From Verrucomicrobiota bacterium (GTDB lineage Bacteria; Verrucomicrobiota; Verrucomicrobiia; Opitutales; Seribacteraceae): a stretch of DNA of 55,961 nucleotides. This document shows positions 1 to 8,958 of this stretch, in pieces. The stretch's first letter is position 1. Each line of letters starts with the position of its first letter. The notes under the pieces were generated by a model. That model saw only the letters and a program-made list of their open reading frames with translations, made no database searches and was not told the DNA's origin. The translations under genes were made by a program, and so were the position numbers. The DNA is taken from NCBI GenBank assembly GCA_027622665.1, contig JAQBYT010000024.1:1-55961 (forward strand), read 5' to 3'.

Positions 1-1672
1 ATTGACTGGGCTTGGCGTTCAAGCCCTCGGAGTTGCCGTTCATCACGGTTTCGTACTGGGCCTGCGTAAGCTCGTATTTCCCGAGGTAGAACCCGTTGGT
101 CAGGGTGACGGAATGCTGGGTTTCGTCTCCGCCTCGCCCCGTTTCCGAGGAAGGACTGCCCATGGTGAAAGTTCCCGGCGGGCAGAAGATCATCTGCATC
201 CCGATGGAGGCCACGGAATGGTTGGTCGGCGTGGCGTCCACCTGGAGGCCGGTGGGCGAGGAAGTGACCGACCCGAAGTCGTTGCTCACCACGAGCGTGT
301 AGTTGCCGTCGTGGAGGGTGCCGTTGACGTCGGCGATGACCAAGGTGGACCCGGTGGCCCCCGCGACGGGTTGCCCGTTGCGGTTCCATTGGTAGGTGAG
401 ATACTTGCCCTCCGTCTGCGACGCGAGGGTGACCGACTGCCCGCCGAAGACCAGACCCGGAGCTTGCGGGGAGGTGGTGATCTCGGGGCGAAGGTATTTC
501 AATATGGACTCGCTCAGCTGGGCGGTGGTGATGGTGTTCGCGGCAATGTCGGTTGCCGTAACCGTGCGGTTGAGGTCGGAGAGAATGTCTGCGGGGAAGC
601 GTGAACGAGCAATTGTGCCGTTGAGATCGGCCCGAACCTGCGGGGACAGCTTGTCGAGAGTAATGGAATCTGTGCCTATGGTTTGATTCAAGTCGGCCAG
701 AACGTCGGCGGCGAGGCGTGAACGGGAGATGGTGGCGTTTAGGTCCGCAAGCACGTCGTTCCCCAATTGGCTCTTTGTAATCGTGCGGTTGAGGTCGGAT
801 AGGACGGAGGCGGGGAGATCGCCACGGGTGATCGTCTTGTTCAGGTCGTCCAGAACGTCGCCGGGCAGCATATCGCGGGTGATGACGATGGTTCTATTGA
901 GATCGGCTAGGACGTCGGCTGGAAGATCGGTTCTTGAAAGGGTACGATTGAGGTCTGCCAACACGCTTGCCGGGAGCATGGAACGGGTGATGACGACCGA
1001 CCGGTTGAGATCAGCCAGCAAGGCGGGAGCGAGTTGTCCGGCGGTTATGGAACCGGGAGCGATGGTGGCGTTGAGGTCGGACAATACGCCGGGGGCGAGC
1101 ATGGAGCGGGTTATGCTTCCGGTTTGAATGGTGGCGTTTTGCTCGGGGAGGACGACGGTGGCGTTGAGATCGGCGAGGACGTCCGCGGCGAGCATGCTTT
1201 TGGTGATGGCTCCGGGCAGGACGGCTTTGGCGAGGTTCGCCAGGTTTGCGACATCGGCGGCGAGGGCGTGTGGAGCGGATGTGATACGCTGGTCGGGCAG
1301 CATGTGTAGCCATTGCTGCGTGTCGGCCCGGTAGAACTTCACATCAAGGTAAAGCTCGGAGTGGTCGAGGAAGAGATTACTCGGGATCGGACTCATGCCC
1401 TGCCCGCCGAGGAGGACGACGTAGAGACCGCGATCGACGGGCACGTTGATAGAGGCGTTGGCATCGGTGCCGTTTCTCCAATGCACGGTGCCGTGGGTAT
1501 CCCGTAGGGCGAAGGTGAACTGGGCGTCGCCTTGGAAGTTGGCCCCGTTGATGGCCACCTTGCCCGAATAGGGTATGGGTGCGGCGACAGAGGCAATGGC
1601 AGAGAACCCCATGGCGAAGCAGAGAAGCAATAGTGGTGATCCAGGGAAAGAGCGTATGGACGATTTTTTCAT
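1..1672 (-). CDS. Secreted fibre-like protein: signal peptide, N-terminal anchor-like domain, 11x DLNx[ST] repeat stalk, Ig-like domain, FGE-sulfatase (SUMF1/CLec) domain; truncated at window edge
   Basis: Hand translation from ATG at 1672 (MKKSSIRSFPGSPLLLLCFAMGFSAIASVAAPIPYSGKVAING...) is open to position 2. It is absent from the ORF track because no stop lies in the window. Contains LTYQWNRNG...GNYTLVVSNDFGSVTS (Ig) and IFCPPGTFTMGSP...DETQHSVTLTNGFYLGKYELTQAQY (FGE N-terminus). Confidence 0.9.
   Translation of the reverse strand, partial: MKKSSIRSFPGSPLLLLCFAMGFSAIASVAAPIPYSGKVAINGANFQGDAQFTFALRDTHGTVHWRNGTDANASINVPVDRGLYVVLLGGQGMSPIPSNLFLDHSELYLDVKFYRADTQQWLHMLPDQRITSAPHALAADVANLANLAKAVLPGAITKSMLAADVLADLNATVVLPEQNATIQTGSITRSMLAPGVLSDLNATIAPGSITAGQLAPALLADLNRSVVITRSMLPASVLADLNRTLSRTDLPADVLADLNRTIVITRDMLPGDVLDDLNKTITRGDLPASVLSDLNRTITKSQLGNDVLADLNATISRSRLAADVLADLNQTIGTDSITLDKLSPQVRADLNGTIARSRFPADILSDLNRTVTATDIAANTITTAQLSESILKYLRPEITTSPQAPGLVFGGQSVTLASQTEGKYLTYQWNRNGQPVAGATGSTLVIADVNGTLHDGNYTLVVSNDFGSVTSSPTGLQVDATPTNHSVASIGMQMIFCPPGTFTMGSPSSETGRGGDETQHSVTLTNGFYLGKYELTQAQYETVMNGNSEGLNAKPSQ
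560..1210 (-). repeat. Intragenic protein tandem repeat, 11 copies of ~15-20 aa, I(T/S)xxxLxxxVLxDLNx(T/S)
   Basis: LADLNAT, LSDLNAT, LADLNRS, LADLNRT, LADLNRT, LDDLNKT, LSDLNRT, LADLNAT, LADLNQT, RADLNGT, LSDLNRT; recurring gttgag(g/a)tcgg on the + strand. Confidence 0.9.
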
Positions 1673-1809
1673 GAGGGACGACGATGGAAGAGGGTCACAC
1701 TTCCCGAATGGGGAAGGATAGACGATCGGATTGGAGGGCAACCATGCTTCCTCTACTCGAGCTAGCGTATGGTCGGAGGGCCGATTGAGGAAAGGTGAGG
1801 AAGCGCGGA

Positions 1810-2604
1810 TTAGGGCTGTGCGATTTCGACCGACTTGGTGGTGTGGTTATAGAACGCCTTCTTGGGGCGGGCTTGCAACATGAAGTAGAGCCAAGTGGAA
1901 TCCTTCGCACGATATAGGTGAGGGTAGACGCCTTGCCCGGTCCAGAGCCACTGGTGGTTTTGGTCCCACATCCAAAGGGAGCCATCGCCGGCTTCCTGCA
2001 TGAAGAGCCAACCGAGGTCGGCGTGGTGGAGCCAGCTTTTGTCAGTAGCATAGAAGGAACCGAACCAAGGGGAGTTTTTCCACCCGGGGGCATTCGGCAC
2101 ATCCACGGAACCGGCGATAAGGGAAGATGCCGGGCCGGCGGAAGGAGCGGCGGCGTTGGGCTCGAGACGTACGCGCACCTCGGCAGTCAAGCCTTCGGCG
2201 GTGGCGGTGACCGTAACCCGCACGCGGTCGGTGACCTGAGTGGCGGTAAGAAGACCGGACAGGGAAACGGTGGCAAGTGCGGTGTCCACGGCCCAAGCGA
2301 CTTCCTCGGAGGGAAGGTTGGTGACGGTGCCGTCGTCCAAGAGAAGACTGCTGGCCAACTGTGTGGCGGAACCGGCGTTGATATTGGAATCGCCCGAACG
2401 GGCAATGAGACGCAAGGGTTGTATGAAGTCGGCAGTGGGGCCCACGGCGTTGGCAACGGCACCCGAGGCATCGGAAGTGAACCCGTAGAAGGGGGCTCCG
2501 ATTACGGCTTGGTTCACTACCGGCCCCGCAGAGGAGGTGGCGGCAGAGAGAGCGAAAGGCAAAAGAGATAGGAATGTGGAAAGGGACAGAACTTTTTTGT
2601 ACAT
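1810..2604 (-). CDS. Secreted protein with Big_2-like Ig domain and C-terminal Trp-rich domain
   Basis: Signal peptide MYKKVLSLSTFLSLLPFALSA; VAWAVD..ATVSLSGLLTA...VTVTATAEG; C-terminal GWKNSPWFGSFY...WLHHADLGWLF...WLWTGQGVYPHLY...WLYF. Confidence 0.8.
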   Translation of the reverse strand: MYKKVLSLSTFLSLLPFALSAATSSAGPVVNQAVIGAPFYGFTSDASGAVANAVGPTADFIQPLRLIARSGDSNINAGSATQLASSLLLDDGTVTNLPSEEVAWAVDTALATVSLSGLLTATQVTDRVRVTVTATAEGLTAEVRVRLEPNAAAPSAGPASSLIAGSVDVPNAPGWKNSPWFGSFYATDKSWLHHADLGWLFMQEAGDGSLWMWDQNHQWLWTGQGVYPHLYRAKDSTWLYFMLQARPKKAFYNHTTKSVEIAQP

Positions 2605-2791
2605 AGCAGTAGGTGGTTTGGTGCAAGTTTGCGCGTGTGCGTGAGGAGGGTCAAATGGAAATTTAGTTTTTTTGGATTTAACAAAAGTAGATGGGAACGA
2701 ACGGGCGGGATTTCGAAAATGGGAGATTCAGTGATGATCCAAGTAGAATGTTCACGCTCGACTTGCCCTTCCTGATTGAACAAGATGAAAG

Positions 2792-3445
2792 GTGATGACT
2801 GGCCGAGTTTTTATGTTTTTCATAGTTGTTGCTCTAGCCGGAACGAATGCCTTCGGCATGACCTTCGATTTTCGCACCCCCGAACAGTTCAACACGATAA
2901 AGGTGAGCATCAATACCTCTTTCGGGAGCGGACAACTAGAAGGAGAAATTCGGGGAGCGAGAGGGACTATTGAATTTCCCATGGAGCGACCAGAGGCGGC
3001 CCGAGGCAGGATTTCCATCGATGCCCGCGGAATAAGGCTTTTTCACGGTAAGTCGCAGGCAGTGGTACACACCTCGACTTGGCTGGACACCGGGCGTTTC
3101 CCGCAGATTACCTTTGGCTTGAAGGGCGTCCAGAACGTTCGTTGGGGGCGCAATGAGATACGAGGCGATATCGTGGGCACGCTCACTTTGAAGGGGAAGG
3201 CGAAGGAAGTCGTTTTGCCTGCAGTCTTTCGGTACCAACGAGCGGGAAGAAGGAGTTTGGACGGACGAGCGGGAGATTTGCTGGAGGTACAAGCCAAGCT
3301 TTCCATCCTACGAAGCGAATTCGGAATTAACCCGGGAGGCATGCTGGACCAAGTGAAGAACGAGGTATCGGTGACCGTGAACCTGCTTGCCCGTTCGGAC
3401 AAGGTGAGACCTCTGCTGCCCTGCAGCTTGTTCGTGAACCCCTGA
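2792..3445 (+). CDS. YceI-like lipid/polyisoprenoid-binding protein
   Basis: Signal peptide; WLDTGRFPQITF, GTLTLKG, ILRSEFGI motifs. Confidence 0.8.
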   Translation: MMTGRVFMFFIVVALAGTNAFGMTFDFRTPEQFNTIKVSINTSFGSGQLEGEIRGARGTIEFPMERPEAARGRISIDARGIRLFHGKSQAVVHTSTWLDTGRFPQITFGLKGVQNVRWGRNEIRGDIVGTLTLKGKAKEVVLPAVFRYQRAGRRSLDGRAGDLLEVQAKLSILRSEFGINPGGMLDQVKNEVSVTVNLLARSDKVRPLLPCSLFVNP

Positions 3446-3448
3446 GTA

Positions 3449-4030
3449 TCAGCTAGGCATCCAGGTAAAGGCGTGGCACAGGGCTATGGCGACGGCGTCG
3501 GACTCGTCGTAGGGCAAGGGTTTGGGTAGCTGAAGCATCTGAGCCATGGTGCGGGCAACCTGCTCCTTGCTCGCCCGACCGAAGCCGACTACGGCTTGCT
3601 TGACCCGTAGAGGAGCGTATTCGAAAACGGGCAGACCGCGAATGGCAGCGGCGGAAAGGGCGGAACCGCGGGCAGCCCCCATGATTTGGGCGGTCTTGAA
3701 GTTGTTTACGTAGATGGTCTCCTCGCAGGAAAGATGACGCGGGTTCCATTTTTCCGCCATGGCTGCCACGGCCTTGTGAATCTCCCCGAGGCAATCGACG
3801 AAGGAGATCTTGGGTTTGAGCTTGAGGGTAAGCGAATCGAGTAGGCGGTGAGGACGGTTGGGTTCAAACTCGACAACCGCCAAGCCCATGCCTCGGAGAC
3901 TCGGATCGACACCAAGAATACGCCCCGAGTAGGGAACCTTTTTCAGAAGAGCCTTGGGATCGATCGCGGTAGCCGCCCTACCCTTTCCCGCCAAGTGTTC
4001 GGCCCAAAGTTTTCGCGCGCTTCTTGCCAT
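3449..4030 (-). CDS. ruvC: Holliday junction resolvase RuvC
   Basis: ILGVDPSL, EYAPLRVKQAVVGFGRASKEQV, DESDAVAIALCH. Confidence 0.95.
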   Translation of the reverse strand: MARSARKLWAEHLAGKGRAATAIDPKALLKKVPYSGRILGVDPSLRGMGLAVVEFEPNRPHRLLDSLTLKLKPKISFVDCLGEIHKAVAAMAEKWNPRHLSCEETIYVNNFKTAQIMGAARGSALSAAAIRGLPVFEYAPLRVKQAVVGFGRASKEQVARTMAQMLQLPKPLPYDESDAVAIALCHAFTWMPS

Positions 4031-4039
4031 GAAAAAAAG

Positions 4040-4834
4040 CTAGAGCACCATGCGCAAACCTGCGAGGACAATAAAGAACCAGACCAAGGCCTCGAACAAC
4101 TTCTGGTTTATGCGACTCACGACGAGAGGAGCGACCGAGGCCCCGACAACGGCGGGAATGAACATCCACCAGCTGACCGACATCGACTCGAGGGTGATGA
4201 TCTCGAGATCTATCATCAAGGGAACCTTGGAAACGTTTACGATGAGAAACAACCAGGCGGAGGTGCCGATGAAGGCGTACTTGGGCAGCGCCATGGCCAA
4301 CAGGTAGAGCTGAGCCACGGGACCGGCGGCATTTGCAAGCATGGTGGCGACTCCCCCGAGCAAGCCGAGAAAGGCCCCGAGGGCGAGTGAGCTACGAGTG
4401 TTTTGGCTGCCTACCACGTGGCCCTTGCGTTTTCTCCGCCATTTCATGGTGAAGTGCATGGCGGTCATGGAAAGAAGGATGATACCGATGAGGACCTTGA
4501 GAAGGGACACACGCTCGTCGTTTGCCTGAAAGAAACCGAAGACCTTCCATCCGACAAGAATGCCGATGATGAAAAAGGGAAGAAGCCGAGCGATGAACTT
4601 CCATTCGGCATGGCGACGATAGACTATGGTGGCGGTGACGTCGGCCGAGATAAGGACGGGTAAGAGCAAACCCACGGAAAGAGGCACGCCGGCCAAGCCC
4701 AAGGCATCCTCGAGAACGAGAGCGTAAATGGCCACGGTGAGGTTTCCCGCGCCGGGGAGACCACCTTTGCTCATACCCATGATGAGGGCGCCAAAGGCGA
4801 GAAGAGACCAGTGAGCGACGGTGAGAGATTCCAT
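4040..4834 (-). CDS. Sulfite exporter TauE/SafE family membrane protein
   Basis: Multi-TM; GMSKGGLPGAG, TMLANAAGP, FIGTSAWLFLIVNVSKVP. Confidence 0.85.
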   Translation of the reverse strand: MESLTVAHWSLLAFGALIMGMSKGGLPGAGNLTVAIYALVLEDALGLAGVPLSVGLLLPVLISADVTATIVYRRHAEWKFIARLLPFFIIGILVGWKVFGFFQANDERVSLLKVLIGIILLSMTAMHFTMKWRRKRKGHVVGSQNTRSSLALGAFLGLLGGVATMLANAAGPVAQLYLLAMALPKYAFIGTSAWLFLIVNVSKVPLMIDLEIITLESMSVSWWMFIPAVVGASVAPLVVSRINQKLFEALVWFFIVLAGLRMVL

Positions 4835-4852
4835 GAGAGAAAAAAGTGGACT

Positions 4853-5935
4853 TCAGGAAAGCTCGAAGGTTCCGGCGTTTACGCGAAATACTTCCCATGC
4901 CTCGGAATCGCCGGATTCCGCAGGGTGAATGGTCCCCGTTGCGAACACTTGGGCATCATCAGGAAGGAGTTTGCGGAAGTTGGCCTTACGCTCGGCGTCG
5001 AGTTCCCCGAGGGCATCGTCGACGAGCAAGATGGGGATCGTGCCGCAAACCTTGCGTAAGAAAGAAAATTCGGCCAAGCGCAAGGCGAGCACAAGTCCGC
5101 GTTGCTGCCCCTCGGAAGCGAGGTGGCGGGCATCCCGAGAATCGAGCAAGAAGCGAAAATCGTCGCGGTGGGGACCTCTGCGGGTGGATCCGAGAACGCG
5201 ATCCCGTTCGCGTCCCGCAAGGTATCGACCGGCTACGGTGGCGTGGTCGGCGTCTTCCAGATCGGGCTTGTACCCGAGAGAGGCTTTCTCGCGGCTCGAG
5301 GAGATGGTGCCGTAACGCTCGGCCAAAAGGTCGGACAATTCGGGCAAGGCCTCCCGCCGCAGGCGAGTGAGCTCGACCGCAGCGGGAACGAGAGAGGCCT
5401 CGAAGGCATCGAGCTCGGCATCGCCACCGCCACGCTTGAGGATCGCGTTGCGCTCACGGAGACCGCGGTGGTAGTTTCGCAAAGTCTGGAAGTAAGCGGA
5501 AGAGGACGTCGACAAGGTGACGTCGAGCCACCGACGCCGTTCGCCAGGCCCGTCGCGGACGAGCCTGAAATCCCGAGAAGAAAGAACGACGGAAGGGAAA
5601 CGCCCCACGTAATCCGCTAGGCGAGTAATCCGTTCCCCGTCTAATTCGACGTGTTTGGCGCCTTTGGAATCGAAACGAAGGAGGACTTCACTCTCGTTGC
5701 CGTCATCGCCTTGAAATCGGTGAAACAGGCTGGCGCCGGAAGCATCGTGCATGACGAGGCTCTCGGCGCCGCCGAAGCGAAAGGAGCGAAGGACTCCCGC
5801 AAAGGCAATGGCCTCGAGCAGGTTTGTCTTTCCTTGCCCGTTGGGTCCCCAGAAAAAGGTTCGCTGACCCGAGAAGCTCAAGCCGGCGGCTTCCACGTTG
5901 CGGAAGTTCTCCAAGTTAAGGGCGAGAAGGCGCAC
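4853..5935 (-). CDS. recF: DNA replication/repair protein RecF
   Basis: NFRN, GPNGQGKTNLLEAI, GPHRDD, SEGQQR, LLVDDALGELD; GTG start at 5935 preferred over the track start. Confidence 0.95.
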   Translation of the reverse strand: MRLLALNLENFRNVEAAGLSFSGQRTFFWGPNGQGKTNLLEAIAFAGVLRSFRFGGAESLVMHDASGASLFHRFQGDDGNESEVLLRFDSKGAKHVELDGERITRLADYVGRFPSVVLSSRDFRLVRDGPGERRRWLDVTLSTSSSAYFQTLRNYHRGLRERNAILKRGGGDAELDAFEASLVPAAVELTRLRREALPELSDLLAERYGTISSSREKASLGYKPDLEDADHATVAGRYLAGRERDRVLGSTRRGPHRDDFRFLLDSRDARHLASEGQQRGLVLALRLAEFSFLRKVCGTIPILLVDDALGELDAERKANFRKLLPDDAQVFATGTIHPAESGDSEAWEVFRVNAGTFELS

Positions 5936-5942
5936 GGGGAGA

Positions 5943-7082
5943 CTAGATCGAGACGACCTCGGAGGAGGACGAATCGGCTCGGAGCTCGGCGTAAGCGAGA
6001 CGAAAAGCATCGGCAAGACCGGACCATTCGGCTGGCGAGGTTTCGCGAGAACCGCTAACCCTTACCACCCGTCTGGCTTGCTCGGGAGAAAGCCCCATTG
6101 CCGCCGAAACGTGAGAGGGTCCATCCTTGCCCGTGGCGCAAGCGGAACCGGTGGACACCTCGTGACCTATTTTCTCCAACTTCCCGACCCAGCGAAGGTT
6201 GTCGAAGCTCGGCATGAGAAGCGCGGAGACATTCCAAAGGCGCGGGACGTTTTCCCCAAGGACGACAACGCCGGGGATGGATGCTCGGAGGGCTTCCTCA
6301 AACGCGTTGCGAGCTTGCTCAAGAGTGGGCGTTTCGCCAAAGGAATCGGCTTCCTTCAAGGCGGCCAACATAGCGGCCACTCCGGGATAGTTTTCAGTTC
6401 CGGCTCGACGACCGATCTCCTGCTCTCCTCCCACGATGAAACTTACTTCGGCCGAAGCCTTGAGGATGCCCACGCCCTTGATACCTCCGAATTTGTGGGC
6501 GCTGGCGGAAAGGTAATCGCAGGCATCGAATTGCCCGGAAGGAAGTTTCCCGACCCACTGGGTAGCGTCGCAGTGAAAGGGAACCCCATGAGACCTGCAA
6601 ATACCGGCGATTTTGTCCCACGACTGGATGACGCCCGTCTCGTTGTTTGCCGCCATGACTGACACGAGGGCGACTTCGGTCGCATCGAGTGCGGGAGCAA
6701 GAGTTGAAGGATCGACGATCCCGGAGTCATCGGCAGGGAGTTCGTCAACCCGACCGGAGAAATAGCGACTCGCCGACTCGCGAACGCTCGGATGCTCTAC
6801 GGAAGAAAGCAAAACTCGGGCATTGGGAGAAGCGTGACGAGATATATGGGAAAAAACCGCGTTATTGGACTCGGTTGCGCCGGACGTGAAGGAAATCGTG
6901 TCGGGGTATACCCCAAGACAGGCAGCCAGATTTCCACGAGCGAGATCGAGTTTCACTCGGACGCGCGCGGCGGCCGAGGAGGGTGCCGACGGGTTCCGCC
7001 AATCCTCGGAAAGCGCTTCCGAACAGGCGGCTAGGGCGACCTGGCAGGGACGGGTGGTCGCGTTGTTGTCGAAGTAGGCCAT
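5943..7082 (-). CDS. Cysteine desulfurase (NifS/IscS type, class V aminotransferase)
   Basis: YFDNNATT, FTSGATESNN, ANNETG, SAHKFGG, STGSAC. Confidence 0.9.
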   Translation of the reverse strand: MAYFDNNATTRPCQVALAACSEALSEDWRNPSAPSSAAARVRVKLDLARGNLAACLGVYPDTISFTSGATESNNAVFSHISRHASPNARVLLSSVEHPSVRESASRYFSGRVDELPADDSGIVDPSTLAPALDATEVALVSVMAANNETGVIQSWDKIAGICRSHGVPFHCDATQWVGKLPSGQFDACDYLSASAHKFGGIKGVGILKASAEVSFIVGGEQEIGRRAGTENYPGVAAMLAALKEADSFGETPTLEQARNAFEEALRASIPGVVVLGENVPRLWNVSALLMPSFDNLRWVGKLEKIGHEVSTGSACATGKDGPSHVSAAMGLSPEQARRVVRVSGSRETSPAEWSGLADAFRLAYAELRADSSSSEVVSI

Positions 7083-7105
7083 GCCCGGTGCCTCCGAACC
7101 TCGCC

Positions 7106-7864
7106 TCAAGGAGCGGGCCGCGGCGGAATGCGAAGTTTTTGCCCGATTTTGAGACTGCGTTTGTTGATCAACACGTCTCGATTCGCGTTGTAAATGAGAT
7201 CGATATGAGCGGAGTCGCCATAAAACTTTCTGCTGATTGCGTAGAGGCTGTCCCCTTGCTGGACGACATGAGCGCGAGCGACGGAGGGCTCGGACGGTTT
7301 CACGGGAGCAGGATGGACGGATGGTGGGGATGTGGAACGGGCAGCAGTGGACAAAGGTTGCAGGGCGTCCGCCGTATCCAGAGGCAAACCGAGGCGAACG
7401 CGCATATCGGCCAATTCGCGTTTGAGGCGACTGTTTTCCTCCCTCAGGCGAAGGGCTTCGAGATGCTCGATGTAAGGTTCCCCGGGTAGCTTGCGAATGA
7501 TTTCTCGTTCTGCAGTGACAATGAGCTGTTCCACTGTGGCCGCTTCCTTGGACTCCGGAGAGAGCTCGATAAAACGACGGTAGTGGTAGATGGCGGCCAC
7601 GGGATCTCGGCGATTCTCCAGCTTCATGAGGAGACGCCCCACCTCGATGTGGGACTGAGGAGACTGGACGATCCTCCGAGTGACGGAGAGAAATTCGTCG
7701 AGAGCCGGCTCCTCGTTCCCTTGGCGAAGGTGAGCTCGACCACGATCGTAGGCGCTATCGTTTTCCTCGATGCCGGGCAGATCGGAAGAACCGCAACCCG
7801 TCCACAAGGAGAAGGATGCCCCGACAAGAGCGAAGAATGGAATTGTTAGTAAGCGTATTTTCAT
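7106..7864 (-). CDS. TPR + LysM lipoprotein
   Basis: Lipobox-like WTGC; TPR-like helices; C-terminal HVVQQGDSLYAISRKFYG...LKIGQKLRIP; ATGA overlap with the upstream stop. Confidence 0.85.
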   Translation of the reverse strand: MKIRLLTIPFFALVGASFSLWTGCGSSDLPGIEENDSAYDRGRAHLRQGNEEPALDEFLSVTRRIVQSPQSHIEVGRLLMKLENRRDPVAAIYHYRRFIELSPESKEAATVEQLIVTAEREIIRKLPGEPYIEHLEALRLREENSRLKRELADMRVRLGLPLDTADALQPLSTAARSTSPPSVHPAPVKPSEPSVARAHVVQQGDSLYAISRKFYGDSAHIDLIYNANRDVLINKRSLKIGQKLRIPPRPAP

Positions 7865-8280
7865 TCGCCAACGCAGGTGAGTGTGATTTTTCGTGAGTGA
7901 GGCGCCACGCGGTGTTCCCAAAGAAAGATTCCTTGCCAAGTACCGAGCAGAAGCCGCCCGTTGGCAAATGGAATCGTTTCGCTCGAACGAGTTAGGGCCA
8001 TCTTGATGTGGGAAGGCATGTCGTCGGGCCCCTCGTAGGTGTGAATGAAGTGGGGATAGTCGTCGGGAACCAAGTCATCCATAAAGCGTTCGAGGTCTCG
8101 CCTTGCCGTGGGATCGGCATTTTCCATGAGAACGAGGCTGCAGCTGGTGTGACGCACAAATACGGAAGCGAGCCCATCGGCAAGGCCCGATTCGCGCACG
8201 CCTTCCGCCACGTCGCCGGTGATTTCGAAAGTCCCCTTCCCTGAGGATTGCATTAAGATTTCCTTACGATAAATGCCCAT
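7861..8280 (-). CDS. yjbQ: YjbQ/UPF0047 family protein
   Basis: HTSCSL..ENADP, EGPDDMPSHIK, LGTWQGIFLWEH. Confidence 0.9.
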   Translation of the reverse strand: MGIYRKEILMQSSGKGTFEITGDVAEGVRESGLADGLASVFVRHTSCSLVLMENADPTARRDLERFMDDLVPDDYPHFIHTYEGPDDMPSHIKMALTRSSETIPFANGRLLLGTWQGIFLWEHRVAPHSRKITLTCVGE

Positions 8281-8340
8281 GTCGAGGTTTCTCGATAGTT
8301 AAGTAGCCAAGTCTTTGCAAGATCGTAGGGCGGAGAACCC

Positions 8341-8958
8341 TCAGCAACGCAGTTCGGTCTCCGCGTTGAGCCAAAGTCGGAGGGATTCGAGTATTTCCGC
8401 AATAGCACACTCATCTTGGACAAGCTCCCGCAGGGGAACGTTCAGGGTTTCCGCGGCAGCCTGTCTCTGTTCCAAAGGCAAGGATTGCCACCAGGCCTCC
8501 TTTACGGGGTAACCCTCGACCCGAGCGAATCGGTAAAGGGCTTTAAGGTGAACGGCTTCCGGCGGATATCCTGCCACGAGAGAGTCTAGAGAATCGGCAA
8601 GGAGTTTGGCTACCGGTGCCGGTTCGGCGAGGTGAGCGCCGTTTCTCTGATAAAGCAAAGACAGGTCGGAAGCCGTCTTGAGACGAAGCTGACCGCGGGC
8701 TAACTCGGGCCGACGATGAAGCAGTCGCCACTCGGAGACGAAGGATACCGAGTCGCCTCCGGTTCGTGGGCGACTGAGCCGTAATTCGACCTCGTCGAAG
8801 AGGTCGGGCAAAGAGCCTGAGCCTCGCTTGGAAGCTAGACGCTTGTATACAAGGACGAGACCTTCGTCGGAAGAGAAGACACGCATGCGGAGGCTACCCT
8901 CCCCGCTTTCCTCCCGACTAAGGACAATTCCTTGCAGGGTACGGGTGGGTGCGGCCAT
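8341..8958 (-). CDS. recO: DNA repair protein RecO-like
   Basis: N-terminal GIVLSREESGE OB-fold pattern; position at the end of the phoH-ybeY cluster. Confidence 0.65.
   Translation of the reverse strand: MAAPTRTLQGIVLSREESGEGSLRMRVFSSDEGLVLVYKRLASKRGSGSLPDLFDEVELRLSRPRTGGDSVSFVSEWRLLHRRPELARGQLRLKTASDLSLLYQRNGAHLAEPAPVAKLLADSLDSLVAGYPPEAVHLKALYRFARVEGYPVKEAWWQSLPLEQRQAAAETLNVPLRELVQDECAIAEILESLRLWLNAETELRC

Noticed and set aside
560..1210. Regularly spaced DNA repeats resembling a CRISPR array
   Set aside because: Degenerate at synonymous positions and in frame within a protein; no cas genes seen.
2..1507. Several + strand ORFs (2..604, 396..686, 729..1127 etc.)
   Set aside because: Antisense shadows of the long minus-strand ORF <1..1672, which has recognisable domains.
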